A DNA stretch of 64,000 nt from Nostoc sp. DedSLP01 (GTDB lineage Bacteria > Cyanobacteriota > Cyanobacteriia > Cyanobacteriales > Nostocaceae): contig JAVRCJ020000005.1 in NCBI GenBank assembly GCA_034530875.2, positions 177,805-241,804 on the forward strand, given 5' to 3'. The position numbers were made by a program, and so were the translations under genes. Positions 28,775-39,997 of this stretch are shown piece after piece. The notes under the pieces were generated by a model. That model ran no database searches and had not been told where the DNA came from. It was given only the letters and a program-made list of their open reading frames with translations. Numbering within the stretch: the stretch's first letter is position 1; every line of letters starts with the position of its first letter.

Positions 28775-31624
28775 CTAACGCAACCCCACCCGTCTTTCGC
28801 CGTAACGCAGTAACCTTTCTATAGTTGCAAGCCGATTTTCCCAGACTTTGACCTGATAGGTATTTGATTTGAGTTCTTGCTGCATCAATACGCGAAATTG
28901 AGACTGGAAGCGAGTCAGGGAAGCTCTTGCCACTAGTAATTTACTTTCAGAAGGTGCGGCGGCCAGCTGATTTAAAGCAGTACGTAAAACTTCTGCCTGG
29001 TTGTTAAAATCGGAAATTGTTTGAGCAGGCATTGACAATTGCTGGTTTTGCAAAACTAATTTCCATTCTCGTTGTAGCGCGCTGTAACGAATAGCAGCGC
29101 TTTGGAAAGGCTGACGATGAGGAATAGGTTCATTTGTTGCCGATTTAACTCTACCTTGGGTGTTAATAAAAAGTTTTTGCAAGTCGTTGTTAAAATTCTC
29201 TGCTGCGAAAAGTGCATAACCACTAACTGGCAAATCCCTAACTAATTGCAGCTGGTCGAATGTTCCAATTGTGGGCAAAGAAAGTAAGCGAATTCCTGGT
29301 ACTAATAAGGTGGCTCCTAACTGTTTAGAAGCAATCCAAGGTTGAGCCAGTCGTTGAAAGCGGGATGTATCTAAGGCATAAGTCATGGGAACGATTAAAT
29401 CTACATCTCCTTGCCTTGCCCAAGTTTCCCAGTTTTGCTGAATTTTCTGAATTCGCTCTCCTTGCGGTAAGGGAAAGACTGCAACTGACAAAATCAAATT
29501 TGGCCGCTTTTGCCGCAACTGCTTTGATAGTTGAGCAACAAAGCTATCAACTTGTTCGGTACGGAATGTTGTCCATTTTTGCCACAGTTCTGGTTGGCTA
29601 GGAGAAATATTCTGCGGATCTACACCAGTGAGTTGCTGAAACTGCGCTCTTGCAGCTTTACCATAACCGTAGGTTCGGCCTGCAAGTGGGTCTTGGAAGG
29701 GATAACGAATGTAATCGAGTTGTAGACCGTCTACATCATAGCGAGTGACGATTTCTTCGTAGAGCTTGAGCAAATATTGTCGTACTTCGGGGTTGGCTGG
29801 GTCGAAGAATGGTTTAGTTTGACCGACAGGAATCATGTTGCCCAGATTATCGTAGTTTGCCCAATCGGGATGAGCAGCCAATACTGGCCCTGGGTAATCA
29901 CGATTAACGTTGATAATCTCATTGTGACGTTGGTTGCCGGCGGCAAAAGTCCAAACCCAAGCGTGTAATTCCATATTTCGTTCGTGGGCTAGCTTGACTG
30001 CATCTGCTAAAGGATCCCAACCGCGAATTAATGGGTTTTGTTCTTTGGCGACTTGGCTAGGATAAATTGTATAGCCAGCGTTAACGGTTTCAAAAAAGAC
30101 GGTATTAATCCCGCTTGCTGAGAGTCTGTCAAAAATTTCGGCGAGTCCCGCTTTGCTACCTGCGCGGACAATGGTTCCTCGGTCTAACCAAACAGCGCGG
30201 ATTTCTGGTTGAGCTAGTCTGCGATCGACAGGAAACTGCTGCCACAAAATTCTTTTAGCAATTAGCCATTGCTGACGAGCCAAAGCGTAATTTTTTTGGG
30301 CAATCAATTGGGGTAAATTTTTAGCAATTACTTTGGCTTGTTCTAAAGCTTGCTCTTTACTAGTGACTAATGCCCCTGGTCTGGTGGAGGCTACTACAGT
30401 CTGTTGTTTGGACTGGGCGTTTACGCTGTCGATATCTCCAGAAGCTTCGTCTAGATTAGCTGCACTAGCTAACACTGCTAAATGGGCACTTTCTACGCGA
30501 CCAATGAGATTTTGTAATTCTTGTTGCAGAGCGATCGCTTCATTTTGATTAATCGGCTCATTGGAGTTGGGTAAAACATCCAAACGCACTGCTTCTTCCA
30601 ATTGGTCGATGGGTTCTTTGGATGTTGGCGGTTTAACTACAGGAAGCGCTCTCGGTTGGGGAGCAGTGGCAGTTTTAGGAGGAGAGACGCGGGGAGGGGA
30701 AGACGCTCTGACGCGGGGAAGTTCTCCTTGTCCGCGTCCTGCTGTCTCCTGGCGTTCTGGTGTTTTGATGTCTTGGTTTCCCCGCGTCGCCATGTCGCCG
30801 CGTCCCTGCGTCCTTGCATCAGAGCGTCCCGCTACTGTTGGCACTGTAGTAGAACAATTTGGGGAACCTCCTTCTATTTTCTTCATACGATTTGATGGAG
30901 CTGGTGCCATCAAATAGTAATTAACGGCAGCTTGCAACCAAGCACTATCTAATTCTGCTGCTGAGGCTGTATCTGTTCCCCAGCGCCAGCCCAAAAATGT
31001 GGAACGTTCGGTTGTAATGACTGCGGCAGGATTATCTTTGGAGTTCCAAATAGCAGGAGATTGAGTGCCCATATCATTGGGAATTACAACACCACCGCGC
31101 ACTTTGCCAAAGAGTTCAGTTTGATTTGCCCATCCTGGGATTTTAGTTTGTGCGGGTTTGATTTCTGTTGTACTACTGAGGCTGAATCCCCAATAACCTC
31201 CTAAGAGCGATCGCAATAACTGGCGAACTCCAGGCGCTGATAAACTACCTGCGGGGCCGCTGGCAATTAAGCGCCCTCCCTTACTCATCCATTCTTCTAG
31301 AGCGATCGCTTGGGTTGGGGTTAATGTCTCGACGTTTGGCAAAAATAATATCCGGCGATCGCCCCAATCTCCCAAACTCTTGACATTATCTAGAGGAATT
31401 ACACAATATTTCGCCCCTATACTTTGTAGGCGATCGGTGATACCTGCCCATTGATTCGCGTTTTCTTGGCTATGTACTACGCTCAATACGGGTTCTTCAA
31501 TTACCGCCTTTGCTGGTAAAGCATTCAATAAATTTAAAATTAAAATTTCTAACCCTAAAATAAATAATCTTCTAGTTTTTTTTATTTCTAAATTAATATT
31601 TTCTTCCTTCTCTTGGTGCTTCAC
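28775..31624 (-). CDS. Glycosyl hydrolase-like 10 (DUF187) family secreted protein
   Basis: EIRAVWLD, DPLA..AHERNMELHAW, DGLQLDYIRYP, QNWETW, PMTY. Confidence 0.88.
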   Translation of the reverse strand: MKHQEKEENINLEIKKTRRLFILGLEILILNLLNALPAKAVIEEPVLSVVHSQENANQWAGITDRLQSIGAKYCVIPLDNVKSLGDWGDRRILFLPNVETLTPTQAIALEEWMSKGGRLIASGPAGSLSAPGVRQLLRSLLGGYWGFSLSSTTEIKPAQTKIPGWANQTELFGKVRGGVVIPNDMGTQSPAIWNSKDNPAAVITTERSTFLGWRWGTDTASAAELDSAWLQAAVNYYLMAPAPSNRMKKIEGGSPNCSTTVPTVAGRSDARTQGRGDMATRGNQDIKTPERQETAGRGQGELPRVRASSPPRVSPPKTATAPQPRALPVVKPPTSKEPIDQLEEAVRLDVLPNSNEPINQNEAIALQQELQNLIGRVESAHLAVLASAANLDEASGDIDSVNAQSKQQTVVASTRPGALVTSKEQALEQAKVIAKNLPQLIAQKNYALARQQWLIAKRILWQQFPVDRRLAQPEIRAVWLDRGTIVRAGSKAGLAEIFDRLSASGINTVFFETVNAGYTIYPSQVAKEQNPLIRGWDPLADAVKLAHERNMELHAWVWTFAAGNQRHNEIINVNRDYPGPVLAAHPDWANYDNLGNMIPVGQTKPFFDPANPEVRQYLLKLYEEIVTRYDVDGLQLDYIRYPFQDPLAGRTYGYGKAARAQFQQLTGVDPQNISPSQPELWQKWTTFRTEQVDSFVAQLSKQLRQKRPNLILSVAVFPLPQGERIQKIQQNWETWARQGDVDLIVPMTYALDTSRFQRLAQPWIASKQLGATLLVPGIRLLSLPTIGTFDQLQLVRDLPVSGYALFAAENFNNDLQKLFINTQGRVKSATNEPIPHRQPFQSAAIRYSALQREWKLVLQNQQLSMPAQTISDFNNQAEVLRTALNQLAAAPSESKLLVARASLTRFQSQFRVLMQQELKSNTYQVKVWENRLATIERLLRYGERRVGLR

Positions 31625-32016
31625 TAGCTACTCCTTATTTAATTATTAATTAATTTACTCATTCATGATAATTGATAAGTACGTAACAGACTATTCGTAA
31701 ACGTACTTAGTCGATATAATTAACCAATCTAGCCTATCCACAACGATAAAAAATGCCAAGATTGATACTCAAATTCTCACGGGCTATTACACATAGATTA
31801 TCTATTTTTAGATTCTAAATTTAATTTTGTTTGCAATTAAATGTTTAGGAAAATTTTATTTTCCCATCACAATAAGCATTTAGTTAATTAGAAATAATTA
31901 CTAAATCCTCAAGTTACTAATATTATTTTTGGAGTTATTTGTTTTTGTTCGCTGCAATATAAAAAAGTCATACGAATCCATCAGAGTAGTTTAGACTCCA
32001 ATTCTTTCTTGAGCTA

Positions 32017-32129
32017 TAGAACTCATATTTGATTTTTGAAGAACTCGTAGAGAGAGGCAACTCTTAACAGGGAACGGGGAACAGGTGAAAAAGTGTACCT
32101 AGCCTCGCAAAAACCAAATATGAATCCTA
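32017..32129. mobile_element. MITE-like element
   Basis: Imperfect 22-bp terminal inverted repeats TAGAACTCATATTTGATTTTTG / CAAAAACCAAATATGAATCCTA (19/22). Confidence 0.65.
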
Positions 32130-32376
32130 ATTGATAGTCAGTATTGAGAATTCAGCAGATTTTGAGGCTCAAACTTAATAATAAACAATAAAAGGAATAA
32201 TTCATAGCACCATTATTTTTCAACATTCTAGATTTTGAATGCTGACTTTGCTTTGAGAAGTCTTAGATAAGTTGTAACTATCAAATTAATGATTTTAATT
32301 ACGAGCAAACTCTATCCACAGGTAAGTGTTATATAGTTAGCTTACCGCTATAATGCCAAGGTTAACAGAAAGTTAA

Positions 32377-32480
32377 GAGTTAACGAAGGTAGGGGTCAGG
32401 AGGCAGGAGGCCGTTTTTGTAACGAGGATTTATACCCCGTGATAAAAACTTTTCGCCTTATAAGGCGAAGTTTTAGACCT
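32377..32480. repeat. ~100-bp dispersed repeat, copy 1
   Basis: Reverse complement of 34983-35128. Confidence 0.8.
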
Positions 32481-32491
32481 GATTGTTTCGA

Positions 32492-33817
32492 TTAAGCGAT
32501 ACAGGAATTAATCAAATCTTCAACGCCTGCCACTGGTAAGATATTTGTCTGCAATTTACTTGCTAATTCTTCAACACTCATATCATCCAAAAATACCAAT
32601 TCACCATGCTTTAACATCACCTTTGGTAGCAAAATCCCATCGCCTAAATCTTCCCCTGCTAGATGCAAAAGCAAGTCATGACCAGTTAATAATCCTGTGA
32701 CGCTAATCTCCTGTCCCCAGTAATCACTAGATAAAGCACGCATATTTACTTCCAAACCTTCAACCGAATTTAAGCGCTGTAAAATCGGTTGAAATGCTTT
32801 TTCGACAGTGTTACCGACTACCCAAGTAAATTGTCTCTGAGGATAGACTTTTGGTGGTAGTAATTCTGCCGCAGCGGTGGCAAATTGTTTGATAAATAAT
32901 TGAATCGAACCAACGCCGTTATCTATTTGAGGATATTCTTCATATTCAGATTCGCTTGGTAATTCTTCACCTGCAATTAAAAACCACTCATCGGCTAACC
33001 AAGCAACGTTAGAGCCGAATTTTTGGCGAAATTGTTGCGAAAGCATTTTGACTTGGGAAATCACTTCTTTAGCTTTTTCTCTAGTTACGGGTGTGAGTTC
33101 ATCTTCTTGGGGACGAAATCGTGTTAACCCAACGGGTACAACTGCAACTGACGCAACTGTAGGCACTTCACCAGTATGGAAGGAGGCTAAATCTTTAAGA
33201 GTTTGTTCCAGATGTTTGCCATCATTGATGCCAGGACAAACAACTACTTGGGCATGAATTTGTAGCCGTCTTTGTTGAAACCACTTGAGTTGTTGTAAAA
33301 TTTGACCCGCACGTGGATTTTTTAGCAATCTAATTCTCAGTTCAGGTTCCGTAGCATGAACGGAAACATACAATGGAGACAAACGCATCTGTTCGATGCG
33401 CCGCCATTCTCTTTCTGGTAGATTGGTCAGAGTAAGATAAGAGCCGTACAAAAAGCTCAAACGATAATCATCGTCTTTCAAATACAAGCTAGAACGCTTA
33501 CCTGGTGGCTGTTGGTCGATAAAGCAAAACGGACAGCGGTTATTGCACTGAATTAAGCCATCAAAGAGAGCAGTTTCAAATTCTAAACCTAAATCTTGGT
33601 CGTAGTCTTTTTCGATTTCAATGTGATGGGTTTTACCAGCAGCGTCTAAAACTTCTAATTCTAAAACTTCATCAGCACATAAAAATTGATAATCAATTAA
33701 ATCGCGGGGACGCGTACCATTAATAGCAACGATCGCATCCCCCGCCTCAAAGCCAATCTCTGCGGCTATAGAATCAGGTAAAACTCTAGTAATACGGGCA
33801 GGTTGAATGGTAGACAT
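32492..33817 (-). CDS. TIGR03279-type PDZ/radical SAM (DUF512) protein
   Basis: PDZ-like N-terminus, CNNRCPFCF, KDDDYRLSF; start moved to MSTIQP. Confidence 0.88.
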   Translation of the reverse strand: MSTIQPARITRVLPDSIAAEIGFEAGDAIVAINGTRPRDLIDYQFLCADEVLELEVLDAAGKTHHIEIEKDYDQDLGLEFETALFDGLIQCNNRCPFCFIDQQPPGKRSSLYLKDDDYRLSFLYGSYLTLTNLPEREWRRIEQMRLSPLYVSVHATEPELRIRLLKNPRAGQILQQLKWFQQRRLQIHAQVVVCPGINDGKHLEQTLKDLASFHTGEVPTVASVAVVPVGLTRFRPQEDELTPVTREKAKEVISQVKMLSQQFRQKFGSNVAWLADEWFLIAGEELPSESEYEEYPQIDNGVGSIQLFIKQFATAAAELLPPKVYPQRQFTWVVGNTVEKAFQPILQRLNSVEGLEVNMRALSSDYWGQEISVTGLLTGHDLLLHLAGEDLGDGILLPKVMLKHGELVFLDDMSVEELASKLQTNILPVAGVEDLINSCIA

Positions 33818-33900
33818 GGGAATAGGGCATGGGGCATTGGGCATTGGCGATTCATTAATGACCAATGACTAATGACTAGTGACTAATAACTATTATGTAA

Positions 33901-34725
33901 TTATCCTTGCCAGCCTGCTGCGATCGCTAATAAGATAACAGTGCCGAAGGCTAATCTATACCACACAAAAATCAAAGTATTTTTAGTTGCTAAGTATTTA
34001 ATCAAGAAGGCTATTGACAGGTAGGAAAAAATAAAGGTTGAAATAATTCCTACAATTAAGAGTGCAACAATGTTATCTGGTAACTGTTGGGCTTGAAATA
34101 ATTTGAAGATTTTCAGACTTTTATATAGGGTTGCAATAGTAAGCGTGGGAAACCCTAATAAAAATGAAAATTTTGCTGCTGTAGCGCGTTCTAATCCTAA
34201 AAATAACCCAGTTGTCAGCGTTGACCCAGAACGAGAAACACCAGGAATCAAAGCAAGTGTTTGTCCTAAGCCCACTAAAATACCATCGCGAATCTGCAAT
34301 GACTCGAAACCCCGCTTCCGAGTGCCAATTTTTTCTGCCAACCCTAGTAAAAGTGCCATGATAATTGACATGATAGCAATAATTAAGGCACTCTCAGGAA
34401 TAACATCTTTCAAAAGAAAGCCGACAATTAAAGCAGGCAGCGTTCCCACTGCAATGCCTACAAGAATTTTCCATTCTTCGCGTTCCCAGTCTTTCTGTTT
34501 TAGCGCTTCAATTCCACCTTTGAGGACATTAGAAATCAGCGACCAAAAGTATCCCACAATTGCGATAACGCTACCAAATTGAATTGCATCGACAAAATCT
34601 TTAGAACCTAGCTCTTTCCAACCAAATACTTTGGTCACAATTAGCAAATGTGCAGTGCTGCTGATTGGTAAAAACTCTGTAATACCTTGAACGATACCTA
34701 AAATAAAAGCTTGAATAAACTCCAT
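33901..34725 (-). CDS. uppP: Undecaprenyl-diphosphate phosphatase
   Basis: QGITEFLPISSTAH, PGVSRSGST. Confidence 0.95.
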   Translation of the reverse strand: MEFIQAFILGIVQGITEFLPISSTAHLLIVTKVFGWKELGSKDFVDAIQFGSVIAIVGYFWSLISNVLKGGIEALKQKDWEREEWKILVGIAVGTLPALIVGFLLKDVIPESALIIAIMSIIMALLLGLAEKIGTRKRGFESLQIRDGILVGLGQTLALIPGVSRSGSTLTTGLFLGLERATAAKFSFLLGFPTLTIATLYKSLKIFKLFQAQQLPDNIVALLIVGIISTFIFSYLSIAFLIKYLATKNTLIFVWYRLAFGTVILLAIAAGWQG

Positions 34726-34982
34726 AATACTTTGTTCCTATTGTCAAAAAAAAGAACGAACATTGTTTCAGTAATGATGTTATTTTATATACTTTTGCCT
34801 GCACCCAATCTAATAGAGAATTCAATTTTAGCGATCGATAACATCATCTAAGACGCTGACCATGTTCTTACACCCATGTCAATAAGTCAACGCAATTTTG
34901 CCAATTCATCAAACTTTAATATTTAGCAAACCAGAACAGAACAAAGACAGGTGGAACAAAATTCTCCTTTATCGAAACAATA

Positions 34983-35128
34983 GGGTCTAAAACCGTACTT
35001 CGTCCCGCTACGGAAAGCGGAGTGTCTCATAGAGAAGAGAAGACAGCCTTTTAAGGCGAAAAGTTTTTGTCACGGGGTATAAATCCTCGTTACAAAAACG
35101 GCCTCCTGCCTCCTGCCTTCGTTAACTC
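34983..35128. repeat. ~100-bp dispersed repeat, copy 2 (inverted, with internal insertion)
   Basis: Matches 32377-32480 with about 50 extra nt at about 34993-35045. Confidence 0.8.
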
Positions 35129-35257
35129 CTTGTCCCCTTATCCTCTTCAAGGATGCTGCTTTTCACCAAATTTGAGTATAATAACAATGCCCCAGGGGGG
35201 GATTTTAAAGTGTGATATCTTAAATAAGATAAAGTTTAGTAACGATTATTAAAAGCT

Positions 35258-36037
35258 TTGATTAATACTACCTTGCCCTCCTACACAGCTCCTATTCCTT
35301 CTCTAGATACTGAATTGGATATTTCTAATACCAAGACTACGGATATCAAAAAATTGGAATCTACCCTCTCTTCTTCTCCTTCGCTGCCTTTGTCCATCTC
35401 TTCTCGACAAACATGGTTAGTATTTGCAGCGGCAGTATTTTTAGTATCAGTACCCGTATTTATAGAAGCACCAATAGTGCGATCGCTACCAAGTTTGAGC
35501 GTAGTGCTAACAGGATTTTGGGTATGGCTAAGTTTGAGATTAATGTCACGTCCTGCAACATATCTCTGGGGAGATTTGCTTTTCGGGTTTAGTTGGAGTT
35601 GGTTGGCAGGAGCAATTTACTGGGGTTGGTTGCGTTGGGAACCTTTATGGCATTTACCAGTGGAATCTATCGGCTTACCATTTGCTTGCTGGTGTTTGGT
35701 AAAAAATTGGGGCAAAGTCGGTAACTGGTTTTATTTAGGTTCTTTATTCGGTACAGCATTAACTGATGTATATTTTTATATTGTGGATTTGATGCCGTCT
35801 TGGCGACAAATCATGAAAGCAGATGTCAATAGCACGTCACAAATTTTACATAATGCTTTAATACAGGTACAAACACCTTGGGGTCAAGCTTGGGCAATAA
35901 TTCTCGCTCTAGTGCTGTTAACAGTGGGAATTTTATCTTTACAAGGAACCCAAAGACATTGGTATGCCTTTGGTGGCGCAGTTTTAAGCACAATTTTGGT
36001 AGATAGCTTATTTTTGTTTGCTGCGATCGCAGCCTGA
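35258..36037 (+). CDS. DUF3120-like membrane protein
   Basis: FLVSVPVFIEAP, YWGWLRWEPLWHLPVE. Confidence 0.8.
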   Translation: MINTTLPSYTAPIPSLDTELDISNTKTTDIKKLESTLSSSPSLPLSISSRQTWLVFAAAVFLVSVPVFIEAPIVRSLPSLSVVLTGFWVWLSLRLMSRPATYLWGDLLFGFSWSWLAGAIYWGWLRWEPLWHLPVESIGLPFACWCLVKNWGKVGNWFYLGSLFGTALTDVYFYIVDLMPSWRQIMKADVNSTSQILHNALIQVQTPWGQAWAIILALVLLTVGILSLQGTQRHWYAFGGAVLSTILVDSLFLFAAIAA

Positions 36038-36496
36038 AAATAACAATTCCTAGATGAATCTACGCCACGCTAGCGATGATACTGTAGATAATGTTTAGTT
36101 AAGAAATATTACAATAGTTATCCCATAATATAAACCTCCTTTTAGCAGAGTTTACGGTACTGGATATCGCACAATTGCCTGCTTGGGAGTTAGAATCAGC
36201 TAACCCAGAAAGATTTACTCTAACTGGGAATAATACCGTAATCTATAGATTGGAAAGGTGTTTCGGCTAAAGCAAACACTCTTAACCATTGGGAAAAATT
36301 TTTTACTAAAAGTACAGTCAAACCCAGTAACAGTAAATATTGTGGATATTAATACGCTGTATATTAGTTTCTGATGACTGCTGTGTTGATTAAGCTATCA
36401 AGTTTTGTCCATTGTCTTCTAACGAATGACCGTGAACAATGAAAGTTGTTAGCTTAAAACTTTTATTTCTGTTTGATGGAAAGAGGTAAAAAAATC

Positions 36497-36925
36497 GTGA
36501 AAGGATTGGTGCGTTTATTAACAGTGTTTAGTTTGCTACTTGGTTGCTGGGGCTGGTTGGGAACAACTCAGATAGCCCAAGCTGCTAGTTTCAACAGTTT
36601 TGCTTTGCCCCAAGTCCCAGTTTTGGCAATTGAGCGCCAAAATAGTGCAGACAGGAAGCTAGCAACGGATTTTGGTAAAAAAATTGATTTGAATAATACC
36701 AACGTCCGCGCTTTTCAACAGTATCCAGGGCTTTATCCCACCCTTGCAAGGCTCATCATCAAGAATGCTCCCTACAAAAACGTAGAGGATGTCTTGAATA
36801 TTGAAGGATTGAGCGATCGCCAAAAAGAAGTCTTGCAAGCTAACTTCGATCGCTTCGCCGTAACAGAACCAGAGTCTGCCTTTATTGAGGGAGACGATCG
36901 CTTTAACAACGGCATCTACAGATAA
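36497..36925 (+). CDS. psbU: Photosystem II extrinsic protein PsbU
   Basis: Signal peptide, [28 protein letters not shown] start after AGAGGT. Confidence 0.95.
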   Translation: MKGLVRLLTVFSLLLGCWGWLGTTQIAQAASFNSFALPQVPVLAIERQNSADRKLATDFGKKIDLNNTNVRAFQQYPGLYPTLARLIIKNAPYKNVEDVLNIEGLSDRQKEVLQANFDRFAVTEPESAFIEGDDRFNNGIYR

Positions 36926-37183
36926 CTGCACATTGCAGCTAATGTAGCAAATAGCAGCCCACTTCTAATTCTCAGGAGTGGGACACAATTATGAGTTAGG
37001 AGTTAGGAGTTAGGAGTTATGAGTTATGAGTTAAAAATACAAAACTCCTAATTCCTCACTTCTACCTTCCCTCTTATCCCAATTTGAAAAAAAAATGAGA
37101 CAGATACACACCCTCAAACCCTTGTAATATCTAGTTTTATTAAATTTTGAATTTTGAATTTTGAATTTTGAATTGGTATTACC

Positions 37184-38941
37184 TTGCCTCAAATAGATAT
37201 TCCTAGCCAATTTGACGTTTTAGTAGTCGGTGCTGGCGCTGCTGGACTGTACACAGCGCTGTGTCTACCACAGTCTTTGCGAGTCGGCTTGATTACCAAA
37301 GAAACCGTGGCTTTGTCCGCCAGTGATTGGGCACAAGGTGGTATTGCCGCAGCGGTTGCTCCGGAAGATTCTCCAACGCTGCACATTGAAGATACAATCC
37401 GGGCAGGTGCAGGTTTATGCGATCGCACTGCTGTAGAATTTCTCGCCCAACATGCCCCTAGCTGCATCCAGTCTCTAGTTAACTTGGGGGTTGCTTTTGA
37501 CCGTCACGGTCAAGCTTTAGCTTTAACCTTGGAAGCCGCCCATTCTCGCCACCGCGTTCTCCACGCCGCCGACACCACAGGGCGAGAAGTTACCACCACC
37601 CTTACCGCCCAAGTTCTGCGCCGTCAAAATATTCAAGTCATCCAACAAGCTTTGGCTTTGAGTTTGTGGATTGAACCCCAAACTCATCAGCCTCTTGAAA
37701 AGTTCAGATCGGCGGAAGCCGCCGCTCCGACTTTTCGCTGTCAGGGAATTAGTCTGTTTTATCAAGGTAAAATTACATGGGTCAGAGCTCGTGCTGTGGT
37801 ACTAGCAACCGGTGGCGGCGGCCAGGTATTTGCCCAAACCACCAACCCAGCAGTGAGTACAGGTGATGGCGTAGCGATCGCAGCTCGAGCTGGCGCTATC
37901 CTCCGCGATTTAGAATTTGTGCAATTTCATCCCACAGCCCTCACTAAACCTGGCGCCGATCGCTTTTTGATTAGCGAAGCTGTACGCGGCGAAGGGGCAC
38001 ACCTGATTGATAACGAAGGGCGGCGTTTTGCCTTTGACTACCACCCGGCTGGCGAACTGGCACCCAGAGATGTAGTTAGTAGAGCGATTTTTAGCCATTT
38101 ACAACGTACTGCCCTCGATCCCGCCACAGCCCATGTGTGGTTAGATATGCGCCCCATTCCCGCCGATAAAATTCGTCATCGCTTTCCCAACATCATCAAA
38201 GTTTGTCAGCATTGGAATGTGGATGTCTTCAACGAACCAATTCCCGTAGCGCCTGCCGCCCATTACTGGATGGGCGGAATTGTGGCGGATTTAATGAATC
38301 GCACGAATATTCCTGGTTTATACGCAGTCGGTGAAACTGCTAGTACCGGCGTACATGGAGCAAATCGCCTTGCCAGTAATTCCCTACTAGAATGCATCGT
38401 GTTTGGTGCCCAGATGGGTAATATTGATTTGTCAGATATTGAATTACCCATAGAAACGCCAGTACTACCATTGCGGCAATTTACTGCTGATGCCAGCGAG
38501 TGGCAGACTCAGCAAACCCAGCTAGAAACGCTCAGGGAAAAGTTGCCGCGCCTAGTATGGCAATATGCTGGTATTTGCCGAGAACAATCGGGATTAGAAA
38601 CTGCGATCGCCACTGTAGAATCTTGGCAGCAAGATTTGGCTGCCTTGCCTTTAACTCAATTCTTGCTAGCTTTACATCCAGCAGAACCAGCTAGTTTAGA
38701 CCTACCAGATGTTGAAGCCCAATTGCGACTGTGGGCAGAAACCCGAAATTTATTAGATGTAGCCGATTTAATTCTCAAAAGTGCCGCCTTTAGAACCGAA
38801 AGCCGCGGCGGACACTACCGTTTAGACTATCCTCAAACAGATTCAGACTGGCAAGCCCATACACTTGTTCAAACAAACCGCTGGTGGAAATCTCCACTAT
38901 TGTCACCAGACGCGACCAAGGGCATTGAGCATTGCCCATAA
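37184..38941 (+). CDS. nadB: L-aspartate oxidase
   Basis: GAGAAG, AQGGIAA, QFHPT, SEAVRGEG, AHYWMGG, HGANRLASNSL, ESRGGH. Confidence 0.95.
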   Translation: MPQIDIPSQFDVLVVGAGAAGLYTALCLPQSLRVGLITKETVALSASDWAQGGIAAAVAPEDSPTLHIEDTIRAGAGLCDRTAVEFLAQHAPSCIQSLVNLGVAFDRHGQALALTLEAAHSRHRVLHAADTTGREVTTTLTAQVLRRQNIQVIQQALALSLWIEPQTHQPLEKFRSAEAAAPTFRCQGISLFYQGKITWVRARAVVLATGGGGQVFAQTTNPAVSTGDGVAIAARAGAILRDLEFVQFHPTALTKPGADRFLISEAVRGEGAHLIDNEGRRFAFDYHPAGELAPRDVVSRAIFSHLQRTALDPATAHVWLDMRPIPADKIRHRFPNIIKVCQHWNVDVFNEPIPVAPAAHYWMGGIVADLMNRTNIPGLYAVGETASTGVHGANRLASNSLLECIVFGAQMGNIDLSDIELPIETPVLPLRQFTADASEWQTQQTQLETLREKLPRLVWQYAGICREQSGLETAIATVESWQQDLAALPLTQFLLALHPAEPASLDLPDVEAQLRLWAETRNLLDVADLILKSAAFRTESRGGHYRLDYPQTDSDWQAHTLVQTNRWWKSPLLSPDATKGIEHCP

Positions 38942-39009
38942 GAGGCACAGAGGCACAAGAGTGGAGTTGGAAGTTGCAGTAGGTTTTTACTTCTGCCCTC
39001 ATTCGCCAT

Positions 39010-39246
39010 TTAACGAGTACCGCTACCATGCTGGCTGTCAGGGCCGCCATAATTTGGCGGGATATATATATCTTTTAAATTTTCCGAATTGACTTTACCG
39101 GCGATTAAGGTGTCGTTGGCATTAGGGGGAAAACTACTAGCACTTGCAGTACTGAAAACACCTGTGTAAGCCACAATTTTTGGCATGATTATGTATAAGC
39201 CTATACATAATATTAAAAACTTTGTGATTTCCAAGTTGATTTTCAT
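39010..39246 (-). CDS. Small putative secreted peptide precursor
   Basis: Hydrophobic N-terminus, ASA site, C-terminus YIPPNYGGPDSQHGSGTR. Confidence 0.7.
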   Translation of the reverse strand: MKINLEITKFLILCIGLYIIMPKIVAYTGVFSTASASSFPPNANDTLIAGKVNSENLKDIYIPPNYGGPDSQHGSGTR

Positions 39247-39997
39247 GAGCTTCAGTAAATTTACTAGTTTTTGTCTAAAAAAGTATTTTTTTTATAAGAT
39301 TACGTAAATATACGTAATTTGATTTAAACGATTCCAAAATTATTAATTTTTGCTGTTATATGGACAGGTAATTGCACTATTTAGATTGCAAATCAGCCCT
39401 ATATATTGGCATTAAATACATGTAACATTTAAGAAATATTCCTAAATGTACTGTTTCTGCATCAGTCAAAAGTTAGATATGTTGATGAATTGCCATCAGC
39501 CACTTGTCTACTTCATTGTTTATTAATAATATCTTAAGACTTTTAAGTATAAACCCTTAGTCAAAAAAAATATACCCCTAAAAAGCTATAAAATAATACT
39601 TTAACTTTAGTGTACAATAATTAAACAAAAAAAATATATCTAAAATTTAAGTTATAAAACTTTTATCTGGTAAGGCTTATAGAAGTTATCTAACTATCAA
39701 GCAAGTAAAAAATACTTAAGTACAGGTATAATTTTTTATGTAAAAAATATTTTTTTGAAAAAATATTTTTTTTTATTACTGAAACGACTAATTTTTGTTT
39801 ACCTCTTCCATCGGGTTTAGTCTTTGGATATAAAAGCCAAGCTGTGTTGGGATTTTGGCTAAAATACTACCCCTACAAGTCTATGCAATGCCTTGCCAAA
39901 AGAGTGCTTTGGACGCGTCTCAAGTCTAGATTAAAAATTTAATAGTAAAAACGTTTACTTAATACATTCGGAATATGAAGGTTTAATTCTCGATTTA

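Noticed and set aside
39010..39246. Calling the peptide gene patX or patS
   Set aside because: Motif is HGSGTR rather than RGSGR/RGTGR, and the usual patX neighbourhood is absent
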